A DNA stretch of 64,000 bases from Chloroflexota bacterium (GTDB taxonomy: Bacteria > Chloroflexota > UBA11872 > VXOZ01): the NCBI GenBank assembly GCA_963662335.2, contig CAXXVD010000002.1:320001-384000 (forward strand), given 5' to 3'. How positions within the stretch are numbered: position 1 is the first letter of the stretch; the number at the start of each line of letters is the position of its first letter. This document shows, in pieces, positions 1 to 10,106 of this stretch. A program made the position numbers and the translations under genes. The notes beneath the pieces are model-generated. The model was not told the DNA's origin, ran no database searches, and worked only from the letters and a program-made list of their open reading frames with translations.

Positions 1-578
1 TGGAGCTTGCGCGCGCTGGGAATCAGGCGCGGGTCGGCGGTGTAGATGCCGTCCACGTCTGTGTAGATCTCGCAGGCGTCGGCGTGCGCCGCAATGGCAA
101 TAGCAACCGCGGTGGTGTCGGAGCCGCCGCGACCCAGGGTGGTCACGTCCAGGTCGTGGGTGACGCCCTGGAAACCGGCCACGATGACGATGCGGCCGGC
201 GGCGAGTTCCTGCTCTATGCGCGCCGGGTCGATGTCCACGATGCGCGCGCGGGAGTAGAAGGAGTCGGTGCGGATGCCCGCCTGCTGTCCGGTGAGCGCC
301 ACGGCGTCGTAGCCCGTGTCGCGGAGAGACATGGAGAGCAAGGTGGAAGAGACGATCTCGCCGGTGGAAAGCAGCAGGTCCAGGTCGCGGCCGCCGGGGT
401 CGCGCGAGACTTGATTGGCGAGGGCGATCAGGTCGTCGGTGGTGTCGCCCATGGCGGAAACCACGACGATCACGTCGTTGCCGGCGTCGCGGGCGGCGGC
501 CAAACGCGCGGCCACGGCCTGGATGCGCTCCGCCGTCGCTACCGAACTGCCGCCGTATTTCTGCACCACTCGCGCCAC
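1..578 (-). CDS. lysC: Aspartate kinase, N-terminal part (runs off the window start)
   Basis: Not in the ORF track. The minus strand from GTG at 578 reads [14 protein letters not shown]...[11 protein letters not shown]...GFQG...[14 protein letters not shown]...[16 protein letters not shown], classic aspartokinase motifs; GGAG RBS upstream. Confidence 0.95.
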   Translation of the reverse strand, partial: MARVVQKYGGSSVATAERIQAVAARLAAARDAGNDVIVVVSAMGDTTDDLIALANQVSRDPGGRDLDLLLSTGEIVSSTLLSMSLRDTGYDAVALTGQQAGIRTDSFYSRARIVDIDPARIEQELAAGRIVIVAGFQGVTHDLDVTTLGRGGSDTTAVAIAIAAHADACEIYTDVDGIYTADPRLIPSARKL

Positions 579-832
579 GTAGGCGTGTTCTCCTTAATCG
601 TCAATGCTCTTTGCGCCCCGCCGCCGCGTGCTCACGGAGGCTAGCCGGGGCTCAGAACACAGCAAAGCGCGCGCTAGAGCGCGCCTGCCCCGCTGCCGGC
701 CGGGTTGCGCCCGCGCGAGCGGCAGCGGCGCTGCGGCTGGCAGGCGGTGGGGACATTTGCTACATTATATCATGCGTTAGCCGCCGCCACGGCCTGGATA
801 CTGGGCACGAGCGGCCCTGTGGGAAGAGGCAG

Positions 833-1792
833 ATGTCGTACACCGTTGTCTTGGCCGACCCTATTCACGAGCAGGGGATCGCCATTCTGGAGCAGATCGC
901 TACGGTGCGCCAGGCAAGTCAAGCCGGCGGCCGGCCCGTGACCGGCCAGATTCGCGACGCTCACGCCGTCGTCACGCGCCTCACGAAAGTGACGCCCGCC
1001 CTCATCGACGCGGCGCCGCACTTGCGCGCCATTTCGCGGCACGGGGTGGGCGTGGATAGCGTGGACGTGGCCTACGCCACCGCGCGGGGCATCCCGGTGC
1101 TCTATACGCCCGCCGCCAACGCGGAATCGGTGGCGGAACACACGCTGGGGCTCATGCTGGCGGTGAGCAAGATGATCCTGCTCGGCGACCGCGCCCAGCG
1201 CAACGGCGATTTCCAGTCCCGCACGCGCCTCATCGGCCTGGAACTCTACGGCAAGACGCTGGGGATTGTGGGCGCGGGCCGGGTGGGCGGCCGGGTGGCG
1301 CGCATGTGCCGCGCCGCGCTGGACATGCGGGCGCTCGCCTACGACCCGTACCTGGCGGCGGACGACGCCCGCCTGCGGGGCGTAGAGCTTGTGGACGATC
1401 TCTCCGCGCTGCTGCAAGAGGCGGACTACATCTCGCTGCACGCGCCGCTCACGGCGGAAACGCGCGGCCTCATCGATGCGCGCGCATTCAATCTGATGAA
1501 GCCGACGGCCATTCTCATCAACTGCGCGCGCGGCGGTATTGTGAATGAAGATGCGCTGGCGACGGCGCTGCTGGAAGGCCAGATCGCCGGCGCGGCCATC
1601 GACGTCTGGCAGCAAGAGCCCCCGCCGGCGGACCATCCCCTCTTCAACCTGGAAAACGTGATCGTCAGCCCCCACATGGCGGCCCACACGGAAGAAGCGA
1701 TGATTCGCATGGCGACCACGCTCGCGCTGGATATTACGCGCGTCTTGCAGGGCGAGCGGCCGCATTTCTGCGTCAATCCGGAAGTCATCTAA
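833..1792 (+). CDS. D-isomer-specific 2-hydroxyacid dehydrogenase (SerA-like, no ACT domain)
   Basis: RHGVGVD, GIVGAGRVG, SLHAPL, INCARGG, DVWQQEP and SPHMAA motifs; start moved to ATG 833. Confidence 0.88.
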   Translation: MSYTVVLADPIHEQGIAILEQIATVRQASQAGGRPVTGQIRDAHAVVTRLTKVTPALIDAAPHLRAISRHGVGVDSVDVAYATARGIPVLYTPAANAESVAEHTLGLMLAVSKMILLGDRAQRNGDFQSRTRLIGLELYGKTLGIVGAGRVGGRVARMCRAALDMRALAYDPYLAADDARLRGVELVDDLSALLQEADYISLHAPLTAETRGLIDARAFNLMKPTAILINCARGGIVNEDALATALLEGQIAGAAIDVWQQEPPPADHPLFNLENVIVSPHMAAHTEEAMIRMATTLALDITRVLQGERPHFCVNPEVI

Positions 1793-1854
1793 GCGCCATT
1801 GGCTGACCGCAATCTGCTAAACATAATCTGCCGGCAACCACGGAGGAACGAAAG

Positions 1855-2700
1855 GTGGAGACACCGTTTCAGGGGGTAGTCGACTCAATCGTCGAACTGC
1901 GCGCCCTCGCCAATCAGGTAGTCGTCATCAAGATCGGCGGCAACGTTCTGCCCCATCATGAGGCGTTCTGCGAGGACGTCGAGACGCTGTGGGAATCGAG
2001 AGTGCTGCCGGTTATCGTGCACGGCGGCGGCAAGGCGGTGACGGACTGGGAGAAGACCCTGGGCCGGGAAGCCTCGTTCGCGCAGGGTTTGCGGGTGACG
2101 GACGCGGATGCCCTGGAGCTTGTGCAGATGGTGCTCGCCGGCAAGGTGAATAGCGACCTGGTGGCGATGTTCAACGCGCGCTATATCAAGGCAATCGGCC
2201 TGACCGGCGCGGATGGGGAACTGCTTATCGCGAAACCGCGCGAAAAACCCGCCGGGCTCGGCTTCGTGGGCGAGGTGACGGAGGTGAACGTGTCCATGTT
2301 CGTGACCCTTGGCGAGAACGGATTCGTGCCGGTCATCGCGCCGCTCGGCATGACGGAGGAGGGGCAATTCCTGAACATCAACGCCGATACGGTGGCGGGC
2401 GAAATTGCCAAAGCCCTGGCGGCGCGGCATCTCGTCCTGCTCACCGACGTGCCGGGCGTGCAGGACAAGGAAGGGAAGGTGCTGCCCAACCTCACCGTCG
2501 CGGAGGCGCGCAAGTTGATCCGTAACGGCACGATCAGCGGCGGCATGATTCCGAAAGTGACCGCGTGTTTGGACGCGATGAAGAAGGCGGGCTCCGCCCA
2601 CATTGTGGATGGCCGGGAGCCGCACGCCGTCTTGCGACAACTCCTTGGCAATGAACGCGTCGGCACGTGGTTCTATCCCCGCGGGCGGCCGGGCGCTTAG
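1855..2700 (+). CDS. argB: Acetylglutamate kinase
   Basis: KIGGN, VHGGG, GLRVTD, NINAD, LTDVPG and GGMIPKV motifs; GGAGG RBS. Confidence 0.95.
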   Translation: METPFQGVVDSIVELRALANQVVVIKIGGNVLPHHEAFCEDVETLWESRVLPVIVHGGGKAVTDWEKTLGREASFAQGLRVTDADALELVQMVLAGKVNSDLVAMFNARYIKAIGLTGADGELLIAKPREKPAGLGFVGEVTEVNVSMFVTLGENGFVPVIAPLGMTEEGQFLNINADTVAGEIAKALAARHLVLLTDVPGVQDKEGKVLPNLTVAEARKLIRNGTISGGMIPKVTACLDAMKKAGSAHIVDGREPHAVLRQLLGNERVGTWFYPRGRPGA

Positions 2701-2731
2701 CCCGGCCGGAGATGGCGCTAGCGCCTCGGGT

Positions 2732-3136
2732 GTAGGGGCACGACATGTCGTGCCCCTACGCCTCTTTTGTCAGACTGCCTGAAGGTGGTCCCTTTAGGAC
2801 ATAGCATCAGTGTGACAGCATTTGGGGCAAGCGCCGCGCTACGAGAAGAGGCAAGAGGCGGGGGACAAGCCCCCGCGCTACGGGAAAGGCGGGAGACGAG
2901 CCGCGGCGCTGTCGCGGAAGACCTGGTGGGTTCTTGCCGCTTCCCCGTCCATGCTTCGACAGGCTCAGCACGAACGGGGAAGCGGCAAGAACCGCGCACG
3001 CTCCTGCGCTTCCCTCGCCGTTTACCCTTCGACAGGCTCAGGGCGAACGGCTTGGAGACGAGATTGGTGTGAGTAGCATGGGAACGAGGCCCCGCGCTGC
3101 GGGCGACCGAGGCGAGGGACTAGCCCCCGCGCTACG
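2732..3136. repeat. Cluster of REP-like palindromes (several families)
   Basis: GTAGGGGCACGACATGTCGTGCCCCTAC (2732-2759), GCGGGGGACAAGCCCCCGCGCTAC (~2858-2881) and two CTTCGACAGGCTCAG..CGAACGG units; all recur elsewhere in the window. Confidence 0.85.
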
Positions 3137-3156
3137 GTGGATAGCAGAGGCGGGGA

Positions 3157-3927
3157 TCAGGCCAGGCCAAAGAGGCGCGCGGCGTTGTCGTGGGCGATCT
3201 GCCGGCGTTCGCCGGCGCTGATCTTGGCGTGTGCCAGCGCCATTGCCGGGGCCTCGGGCACGTGGAGCGGCAGGTTCGTGCCAAAGAGCACGTGGTCGGC
3301 CCCCATAGTGGCGCAGAGCTTTTCGATGTCCCCGACCGGCCCTTGCACCCGCGAGATTTCCACGTAGAGATTGTCCCGGCGCGTGGCCTCCGCCCAGACC
3401 GCGTTGAGCGCCGCGAACGCGCCGGCGGCGATGAGAAACCGCACGTCGGGAAAGGCCGACACGGCCGCTGCGAGTTCCGCGCCGGGCACGTCCGGGACCT
3501 TGACCAGCGGATGGTGGTGGCGGGTGTCCTCGATGCCTACGGTGAGGATGACGACGAAGTTGTGCGCGCGGGCCGCCGCCAGCGCCGCGTTGCCTGCCGC
3601 TGAATCCAGCGCGAACCGGTGGTAGTTCGGATGCAGCCGCATGACGCCCATGCCGAACTCTTCCACGCAAATCGCCAGGTCTTCTTCCCACCCGGGAAAC
3701 GTCGGGTTGAGCGTGAACGCCGGCAGGAAGCGATCGGCGTGAGTCTTCACCTGGTCGTGCAAAACACGGTTGCCGGCAAGCTGGTCTTTGTAGAAAACGT
3801 TGGGAAGCGGCGAGACCACGGCCCGCTCGATGCCGAGGGCGTCCAGCTTGCCGAGCAGGGCGTCCGGCGTAGTGTAGCGCAACGGGCGAAACGGCCAATT
3901 GCCCAGGTAGGCGTTGGCGTCGATCAT
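3157..3927 (-). CDS. Amidohydrolase_2 family protein (degenerate HxH motif)
   Basis: MIDANAYLG, RLHPNYH, VLFGTNLP and I..DNAARLFGL C-terminus; ATG 3927 overlaps the upstream stop codon. Confidence 0.8.
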   Translation of the reverse strand: MIDANAYLGNWPFRPLRYTTPDALLGKLDALGIERAVVSPLPNVFYKDQLAGNRVLHDQVKTHADRFLPAFTLNPTFPGWEEDLAICVEEFGMGVMRLHPNYHRFALDSAAGNAALAAARAHNFVVILTVGIEDTRHHHPLVKVPDVPGAELAAAVSAFPDVRFLIAAGAFAALNAVWAEATRRDNLYVEISRVQGPVGDIEKLCATMGADHVLFGTNLPLHVPEAPAMALAHAKISAGERRQIAHDNAARLFGLA

Positions 3928-4712
3928 AGGGACGCTCCGTTCGCGTGCGTCTGGCGGGCGAAGACGGCCTGCGCATTGCGGTAGAGGATTCTTTCCCGCT
4001 GCTCCTCGTTCACGTCCGCGCCGTACACTTTCGCAAGCTGCGAGATGAGGGAGCGCCCCGGCGCGTCGCTGCCAAAGACGACGTGGTCGGCGGTCTCGTG
4101 CTCCACCAGGATGTCCACGTAGCCGTTCATCGCCTCGCCGCCGCCGAGATCCATGTAGACGTTGGGCAGGCCGCGGGCGCACTTGGCCCCGTATTCGTAG
4201 TCGCCGCCGCAGTGACCCCAGAAGAAGCTAACGTCCGGGTGCCGCAGCGCCAGTTCGCGCAGGTCCATGGGCGTGGACTCGCCGGGCAGATTGCCGGTGA
4301 CCTTGAACCACGTGTGCTGGAGCACCGGCAGCTTGTGGGCGGCGCAGAGGCGCATGATCGGGTCCAGGCGCGGGTCGTTGCAGCGCACCGCCACCCAGAG
4401 CTTGACCCCCTGCGGGCCGTCATGCGCCGCCACGCGCGCTTCAAGCTCCCGGCAGGCAAAGTCCTCGTGGGCGGGATTGAGGTACCACATGGGGATGATG
4501 CGCGCCGGCTGCGCGGCGGCAAGCTCGGCAGTCCAGTCGTTGCAGCGCCGCACCTCGTCCTCGGTGGGGCTCTGAGGCATACCGGAACCATCCTTAGGGC
4601 TCAGACTGTTGACGCAGAGGGTCACGTCGAGTTCTTCAGCCTGGCGCAGCAAGTACTGAAATCCGTGTGGGTCCGGCCCCAGGCGGGTATGGACGTGGAC
4701 GTCGATGATCAT
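3924..4712 (-). CDS. Amidohydrolase_2 family metal-dependent hydrolase
   Basis: MIIDVHVH, GVKLW, PVLQH, GHCGG, VFGSDAP and ILYRNA motifs; start moved to ATG 4712. Confidence 0.85.
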   Translation of the reverse strand: MIIDVHVHTRLGPDPHGFQYLLRQAEELDVTLCVNSLSPKDGSGMPQSPTEDEVRRCNDWTAELAAAQPARIIPMWYLNPAHEDFACRELEARVAAHDGPQGVKLWVAVRCNDPRLDPIMRLCAAHKLPVLQHTWFKVTGNLPGESTPMDLRELALRHPDVSFFWGHCGGDYEYGAKCARGLPNVYMDLGGGEAMNGYVDILVEHETADHVVFGSDAPGRSLISQLAKVYGADVNEEQRERILYRNAQAVFARQTHANGASL

Positions 4713-4844
4713 GGTGAAAGCGCTCTCCCAGCCGGATGCTCGCGGTACGCTACCGATTATACACGCAGACGCGCGCTTGGTTTCTTGGGCCAGGCAGGAA
4801 TATCCCATGATCCCTGGATTTCCCTCACCCTTTCACCTACACGG

Positions 4845-5000
4845 TACCGGCGCAGAAGCGCGCTGGTGGAGCCGGCCTTCGGCCTGCGCAAAGAGTGGCC
4901 CGGCGCCCGGCGCTTCCTGCACAGAGGCCGCGCGCCGGTGGTGTCCGAATGGCGCCTGCTGTCTACGGCGTTCAATCTCAAGAGCCTCCACGCGCTGTGG
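4845..5000 (+). pseudogene. IS1182/IS5-like DDE transposase C-terminal remnant
   Basis: Reads YRRRSALVEPAFGLRKEWPGARRFLHRGRAPVVSEWRLLSTAFNLKSLHALW, matching the 'YxxR..VEPvFG.iK...gfRrF.lRG...V..EW.l...a.NL' tail of IS1182-type transposases; the rest of the gene is absent. Confidence 0.7.
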
Positions 5001-5167
5001 CGCGCCAAGAACGGCCCGGCTTGGCCCCTTGACGCCAGCCCCCCCCCCGCCATCTCCGTCACTTGCGCCACTTCCTTCATGGCATCCGCCTCTTTACATT
5101 CCGCCGCATCCTCGGTTGTACTATCATATACAAGGAACCACGTCACGCACCGCGAGGCCAACCCGAG

Positions 5168-5872
5168 ATGAACAACACCGCGCAGAACGACGCCCGCCCG
5201 CGACGGGAGAATCCGCTGCTCAGCCTGCTGCTCAACATCGTCGTGCCGGTGGTCATCCTCACGCGCTTCAGCGGCGACGAGTGGCTGGGGCCGGTGAACG
5301 GGCTGCTGGCCGCGCTGGCCTTTCCGCTGGCGTACGGCATCTTCGACTTCTACCAGCGGCGCACGTTCAACTTCCTGCCGGTGGTGGGCGTCGTCGGCAT
5401 CCTGCTCACCGGCGGCATCGGTTTGCTCAAGCTCGATCCCAAGTGGATTGCCGTCAAGGAGGCGGCCGTGCCGCTGGTCATCGGCATCGTCGTAATCGGT
5501 TCGCTCAAGACCCGCTTTTCGCTGCTGCCGATGCTGTTGCGGCAGGTGCTCGACAACGCGGCGGTGGAGGCCGCGCTCACCGCGCGCAACGCCCGGGCGG
5601 CGTATGAAAAGCGCCTGGTGAACGGCACCTTCATCATCGCCGCGTCGTTCTTCCTCTCCGCGCTCTTGAACTACATTCTGGCGCGCCTGGTGGTGGTGAG
5701 CACGCCGGGGACCACGGCCTTCAACGAAGAGTTGGGCAAGATGACGGCGCTGAGCTTTCCGGTGATTTCCGTGCCCGCCATCATCATCTTCACCATCGCC
5801 ATCTTCTACATCGTGTTCGGCATTCGCAAACTCACGGGCCTGGGCATCGAGCAGATCTTCCGCCAGCGGTAG
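5168..5872 (+). CDS. VC0807-family integral membrane protein
   Basis: ENPLLSLLLNIVVPVVIL, LAFPLAYG, LLTGGIGLL, WIAVKEAAVP, SFFLSALLNY and FNEELGKMTALSFPVI; several TM segments. Confidence 0.75.
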   Translation: MNNTAQNDARPRRENPLLSLLLNIVVPVVILTRFSGDEWLGPVNGLLAALAFPLAYGIFDFYQRRTFNFLPVVGVVGILLTGGIGLLKLDPKWIAVKEAAVPLVIGIVVIGSLKTRFSLLPMLLRQVLDNAAVEAALTARNARAAYEKRLVNGTFIIAASFFLSALLNYILARLVVVSTPGTTAFNEELGKMTALSFPVISVPAIIIFTIAIFYIVFGIRKLTGLGIEQIFRQR

Positions 5873-5926
5873 GACGCGGCGGCTCTTTCCGGCCCGTCAT
5901 TCCCATGGAGACAGCGCGACGAACTC

Positions 5927-6020
5927 CGTCATTCCCGCGAACGCGGGAATCCATCCGCTCTTCGTTACGCGTAAGACCAAAATGGATTCCCGCGTGCGCG
6001 GGAATGACGGAGGGAATGAC
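5927..6020. repeat. CGTCATTCCCGC..GCGGGAATCCA palindromic doublet
   Basis: Inverted pair GTCATTCCCGCGAACGCGGGAATCCAT ... ATGGATTCCCGCGTGCGCGGGAATGAC. Confidence 0.85.
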
Positions 6021-6064
6021 GGAAGCGGCCGCGCCGTTTTCATTGCAGTGACGCGCGCCGCCGA

Positions 6065-6094
6065 TTGACGCCGCCGGCGCCTTGCGCCTATACT
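6065..6094 (+). promoter_or_regulatory. Putative sigma70 promoter
   Basis: TTGACG-N18-TATACT about 40 nt upstream of the esterase start. Confidence 0.55.
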
Positions 6095-6134
6095 CGCCTT
6101 ATCAAGACAATGCAAGCGTGAATCGCAAGAAGGG

Positions 6135-8255
6135 ATGTTAACCGCCATGGCAACTGTCGCCCCACCCACCGTCGCGGACGCGCTCCCGGCCACCATGCTC
6201 CATGACTACCTCATGCAGCAGGCCCACGCGCTGTTCGACCACGCCGAGAAGGAACGCGCCGCCATCCGGACTCCCGCGCAATGGGCGCAGCGGCGGGAAC
6301 GCCTGCTGGCCGCCTTCCAGCAGGCCATCGGCCCGTTTCCGGCGGAGAAGACCCCGCTCAACGCCCGCCTGGTGGGCACGCTGGACCGCGAACGCTACAC
6401 CATCGAGAAGCTCGTCTTCGAGAGCCGCCCGCGCTTCTACGTGACGGCAGTCGCCTACGTGCCCAAGCGCCACAAGCCGCCCTATCCGGGCATGCTCTTT
6501 CCGCTGGGTCACAGCCGCAACGGCAAGGCCATGGACAGCTACCAGCGCACACCGGCCGGCTTCGCTGAAAAGGGCTATTTCGTGCTGGCCTACGACCCGC
6601 TCGGCCAGGGCGAACGCTGGCAGTACTGGGATCCGGAAACGCGGGAGTCCGCCTTCCGCTCCTCAACCCACGAGCACAGCAACATGGGCGCGCAGTGCCT
6701 GCTGCTGGGCATCAACCTGGCGCAGTACATGATCTGGGATAGCATCCGCGCCTTGGACTACCTGCTCGCGCGCGATGAAGTGGACCCCACCCGCGTCGGC
6801 TGCACGGGCGTCTCCGGCGGCGGCACGAATACCGCCTACTACGTGCCGTTCGACGACCGGGTCACGGCGTCCATGCCCACCTGCTACATCGCCGGCTTTC
6901 CCGCGCTGCTGGATAGCGTCGGCCCCCAGGACGCCGAGCAGAATCTCTTTGGGCAGTTGGCCGTGGGCCTCGACCACGAGGACTACCTGTCGTTGGTCGC
7001 GCCGCGCCCGCTCTGCGTGGGCGCCGCCACCGGCGACTACTTTCCACTGGCCGGCGCGCGCAATTGCGTGGAGAGCGCCGAGCGGGTCTACGCAACGCTC
7101 GGCGTGCCGCAGAACCTCGCGCTGGCCGTGGCGGAACAGAACCACGGCTACCACCTGCCCATGCGCCAGGCGGCGTACGCCTGGTTCAACCGGCTCTTCG
7201 GCAAGGAAGCGGAAGGCAGCGGCGAGACCGAGATCGAGTTGGAGCCGGACGAAGCGCTCTGGTGCACGGAATCCGGCAACGTGCACGAATTCGGCGGCGA
7301 GACCGTCATCTCGCTGAACCGCGCGCTGCTGGCGGGCATCGACCCGGGGCTGCCGGCAGTCGGCTCCAAGCGCGAGGCGACCAAGTACCAGCAGACAGTG
7401 AGCGAGCGCCTGCGCCGGACGCTCGCCGCCTTCCCGGAGTCCGGCGACCTCAAGCTGACGCGCGCGCCGCTGGCCGGCAGCGATAACGTGCGGCGCGAAC
7501 GCATCGTCTTCGAATCCGAACCCGGCATCTCGGTTCCCGCCGTGCTGCGCACGCCGGTGGGCCCGCAGCGCGATACGCTGTTGCTCTGGATTGACGAGCA
7601 CGGCAAGGACGCCGAGCGCAGCGCGGTGCTGCTGGACGCCCTGGCGACGCGGGGCGCGTGCTCCCTGGCGCTGGACCCCCGGGGCATGGGCGAAACGGGC
7701 TATCCGCCCACGGACAACCCGCAGACGAGCGACCACGGCCACATTAGCCACAAAGTCGCCTATATGGCGCACTTGCAGGCGCGCCCGCTGCTGGGCATGC
7801 GCGTGCAGGACGTCGTGCGGGGACTTGACGCGCTGGCGGAGATGCCGGAGACAACCACGAAGCGGATCATGGTGGGAGGACGCGGCGGCGGCGCGCTGCT
7901 GGCGCTCTTCGCCGCCGCTCTCGACCAGCGGGCCGCCGGGGTCGTGGCGCACGAGTGCCTCGGCTCGTACCGCTGGCTGGTGGAGAACGAGTTCTACGCC
8001 TACGACGCCTCGTGGTTCCTCTTTGGCGCGCTGCGCGAGTTCGACATCTGCGACGCGGCGGCGCTGGTCGCGCCCCGCCCGCTGGTGGCCTGGACGCCCC
8101 ACGACCACCAACGCCGGCCGGTTGCCGCGGACACGCTGGAAGCGGCGTGCCTGCGCACCATAGCCGCCTACCGCGCCTTCGACGCCGACGGCGCGCTGCG
8201 CTACCGCGACGACGCCTTGACCTCCGAGCGGCTGGCGAGCGAGTTGGAACGATAG
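6135..8255 (+). CDS. Acetylxylan esterase-like alpha/beta hydrolase (two fused hydrolase domains)
   Basis: FESRP, GHS, DPLGQGER, WDSIRALDYL, GVSGGG nucleophile elbow and DAEQN; second domain has DPRGMGET and GRGGG. Confidence 0.8.
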   Translation: MLTAMATVAPPTVADALPATMLHDYLMQQAHALFDHAEKERAAIRTPAQWAQRRERLLAAFQQAIGPFPAEKTPLNARLVGTLDRERYTIEKLVFESRPRFYVTAVAYVPKRHKPPYPGMLFPLGHSRNGKAMDSYQRTPAGFAEKGYFVLAYDPLGQGERWQYWDPETRESAFRSSTHEHSNMGAQCLLLGINLAQYMIWDSIRALDYLLARDEVDPTRVGCTGVSGGGTNTAYYVPFDDRVTASMPTCYIAGFPALLDSVGPQDAEQNLFGQLAVGLDHEDYLSLVAPRPLCVGAATGDYFPLAGARNCVESAERVYATLGVPQNLALAVAEQNHGYHLPMRQAAYAWFNRLFGKEAEGSGETEIELEPDEALWCTESGNVHEFGGETVISLNRALLAGIDPGLPAVGSKREATKYQQTVSERLRRTLAAFPESGDLKLTRAPLAGSDNVRRERIVFESEPGISVPAVLRTPVGPQRDTLLLWIDEHGKDAERSAVLLDALATRGACSLALDPRGMGETGYPPTDNPQTSDHGHISHKVAYMAHLQARPLLGMRVQDVVRGLDALAEMPETTTKRIMVGGRGGGALLALFAAALDQRAAGVVAHECLGSYRWLVENEFYAYDASWFLFGALREFDICDAAALVAPRPLVAWTPHDHQRRPVAADTLEAACLRTIAAYRAFDADGALRYRDDALTSERLASELER

Positions 8256-8303
8256 CGCGCTGCCGGACATCCGCCCTGCCACGGGGAAAGGCAACGGTTA
8301 ATT

Positions 8304-9089
8304 GTGCAAAGCTCAGCCGGCGCGACCGCGGTAGCCGCGGCGCGGGAAGCCGGCGCCTATCTCCGCGCGCACGCGGCCTCTGCCGCCGTGGTGGAGACCA
8401 AAGGCCGGGGCGACTACGTCACCGGCCTCGACCTCGCCGCCAACGACCTCATCCAGCAGAAGATTCGCGCCGCGTTTCCTAAACATCGCGTGCTCTCTGA
8501 AGAGTCGGTCGGCGCGCCGCTCTCCGACGAACCGACGTGGATCATCGATCCGATCGACGGCACCCTCAATATCGCCAACCGCTTTCCGCTCTTCTGCGTC
8601 AGCATCGCGCTGGTGGAACGCAAGCGGCCGGTGGTGGGCGTGGTGTACGATCCGCTCTTGGACGACCTCTTCGCGGCGGAGGCGGGCGCGGGCGCAACGT
8701 GGAACGGCGAGACCATAGCCGTGCGCCGTGGCGTCCCCTGGCAGGACGCGCTCCTGGGCTTCGACCTGGGCCACGTCGACCAGGCCGCCCACGACAGCCT
8801 GGCGCTGGCCGCGGCGCTGCGGCCCCAGGTGGCGGGACTGCGGCTCACGGGTTCGGCGGCGCTGGCAATCTGCTACGTTGCCGCCGGCCGCCTGAGCGCG
8901 TTCTTCCACCACCGGCTCGAACCCTGGGACATGGCAGCCGCGCTCCTCATCGCGCGGGAAGCCGGCGGCTGCGTGGAGACGCTGGACGGCGACCCGGTAA
9001 CAGGCCCGCGGACGGGCTCGCTGGTGGTCGGCGACGCCGCGATCATCACCAAGATCAAGACCCGGGAACGGGCCCGCCGCAACGGGTGA
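8304..9089 (+). CDS. Inositol monophosphatase family protein (SuhB-like)
   Basis: LSEE, WIIDPIDGTLN, GSAALAICYVAAGR and PWDMAA motifs. Confidence 0.9.
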   Translation: MQSSAGATAVAAAREAGAYLRAHAASAAVVETKGRGDYVTGLDLAANDLIQQKIRAAFPKHRVLSEESVGAPLSDEPTWIIDPIDGTLNIANRFPLFCVSIALVERKRPVVGVVYDPLLDDLFAAEAGAGATWNGETIAVRRGVPWQDALLGFDLGHVDQAAHDSLALAAALRPQVAGLRLTGSAALAICYVAAGRLSAFFHHRLEPWDMAAALLIAREAGGCVETLDGDPVTGPRTGSLVVGDAAIITKIKTRERARRNG

Positions 9090-9188
9090 AGGCAACACCA
9101 CGCAAGCCGCAGAGAGAGCGAAAGCGCAGCGATGCCACAGCAGAATCTCGCCGCAGCCGCCCTTGGGCAAGCCTGGTGGGAGAGCGAC

Positions 9189-10004
9189 GTGACCGCCGCC
9201 GTGATCCTGGGCATCGTGCAAGGCATTACCGAATTCCTGCCGATTTCCAGTTCCGGCCACCTCGCCGTCCTGCCGTGGGCGTTCGGCTGGTCGTCGCCGG
9301 TGTTGAACAGCCTGCCGTTCACGGTGGCGCTGCACGTGGGCACGCTGCTGGCCGTGCTGCTGGTCTTCCGGCGGGACGTGCTGGCGCTGGCCGCCGCCTT
9401 CCTGCGCTCCTTGCGCGAGCGCGACGTCCAGGCCGAGCCGGAACGCCGCCTGGCGTGGCTCCTCATCCTTGCCACGCTGCCGGCCGTTGTGGCCGGCCTG
9501 CTGCTGGAGAACGCCGCCGCCACGGTCTTGCGCGCGCCGTGGCTCATCGCCGCCGCGCTCGCCGGGGTCGGCGTGCTGCTCTGGGTCGTGGACGCCCGGC
9601 ACACCGGCCGGAAAGAGCTTGACAGCCTCGGGTGGCGGGAGGCGTTGCTCATCGGCCTGGCGCAAGCCCTGGCAATCGTGCCCGGCGTCTCTCGCTCCGG
9701 CAGCACCATCACCATGGGCATGATGCTCGGCCTGAGCCGCGTGCAGGCGGCCCGCTTCTCCTTCCTGCTCATGGCGCCGGTGATCTTTGGCGCGGGGGTG
9801 TGGGAGGCGCGCCACCTCGATAGCGCGGCCCTGAGCGGCAACGGCGGCGCGCTCTTCAGCGCCGGCTTTCTCAGCGCGCTGGCGGTGGGCTACCTCTGCA
9901 TCCGCGTCTTCCTGCGCTATCTGCAACGCGGCCGCCTCTGGCCGCTGGCGCTCTACCGCATCGCACTGGCGGTGGTCATCGTCATAGTGCTCACCACGCG
10001 CTGA
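9189..10004 (+). CDS. uppP: Undecaprenyl-diphosphate phosphatase (BacA/UppP)
   Basis: LGIVQGITEFLPISSSGHL and PGVSRSGSTI motifs; GTG start with GGGAG RBS (alternative ATG at 9132). Confidence 0.95.
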   Translation: MTAAVILGIVQGITEFLPISSSGHLAVLPWAFGWSSPVLNSLPFTVALHVGTLLAVLLVFRRDVLALAAAFLRSLRERDVQAEPERRLAWLLILATLPAVVAGLLLENAAATVLRAPWLIAAALAGVGVLLWVVDARHTGRKELDSLGWREALLIGLAQALAIVPGVSRSGSTITMGMMLGLSRVQAARFSFLLMAPVIFGAGVWEARHLDSAALSGNGGALFSAGFLSALAVGYLCIRVFLRYLQRGRLWPLALYRIALAVVIVIVLTTR

Positions 10005-10006
10005 TC

Positions 10007-10036
10007 TTTACGGCGGCGCCCCGGTTTCGCTACACT
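10007..10036 (+). promoter_or_regulatory. Putative promoter of argC
   Basis: TTTACG-N18-TACACT; a GCGGGGGACAAGCCCCCGCGCTAC repeat (~10053-10077) lies between it and the start codon. Confidence 0.4.
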
Positions 10037-10106
10037 GGGTGTCTACCCTACAGGCGGGGGACAAGCCCCCGCGCTACGATTACCTATGCGAACGCGGAGA
10101 ACTGTC

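Noticed and set aside
84-644. 186-aa plus-strand ORF at the window start
   Set aside because: Antisense to the aspartate kinase gene, which carries the real motifs.
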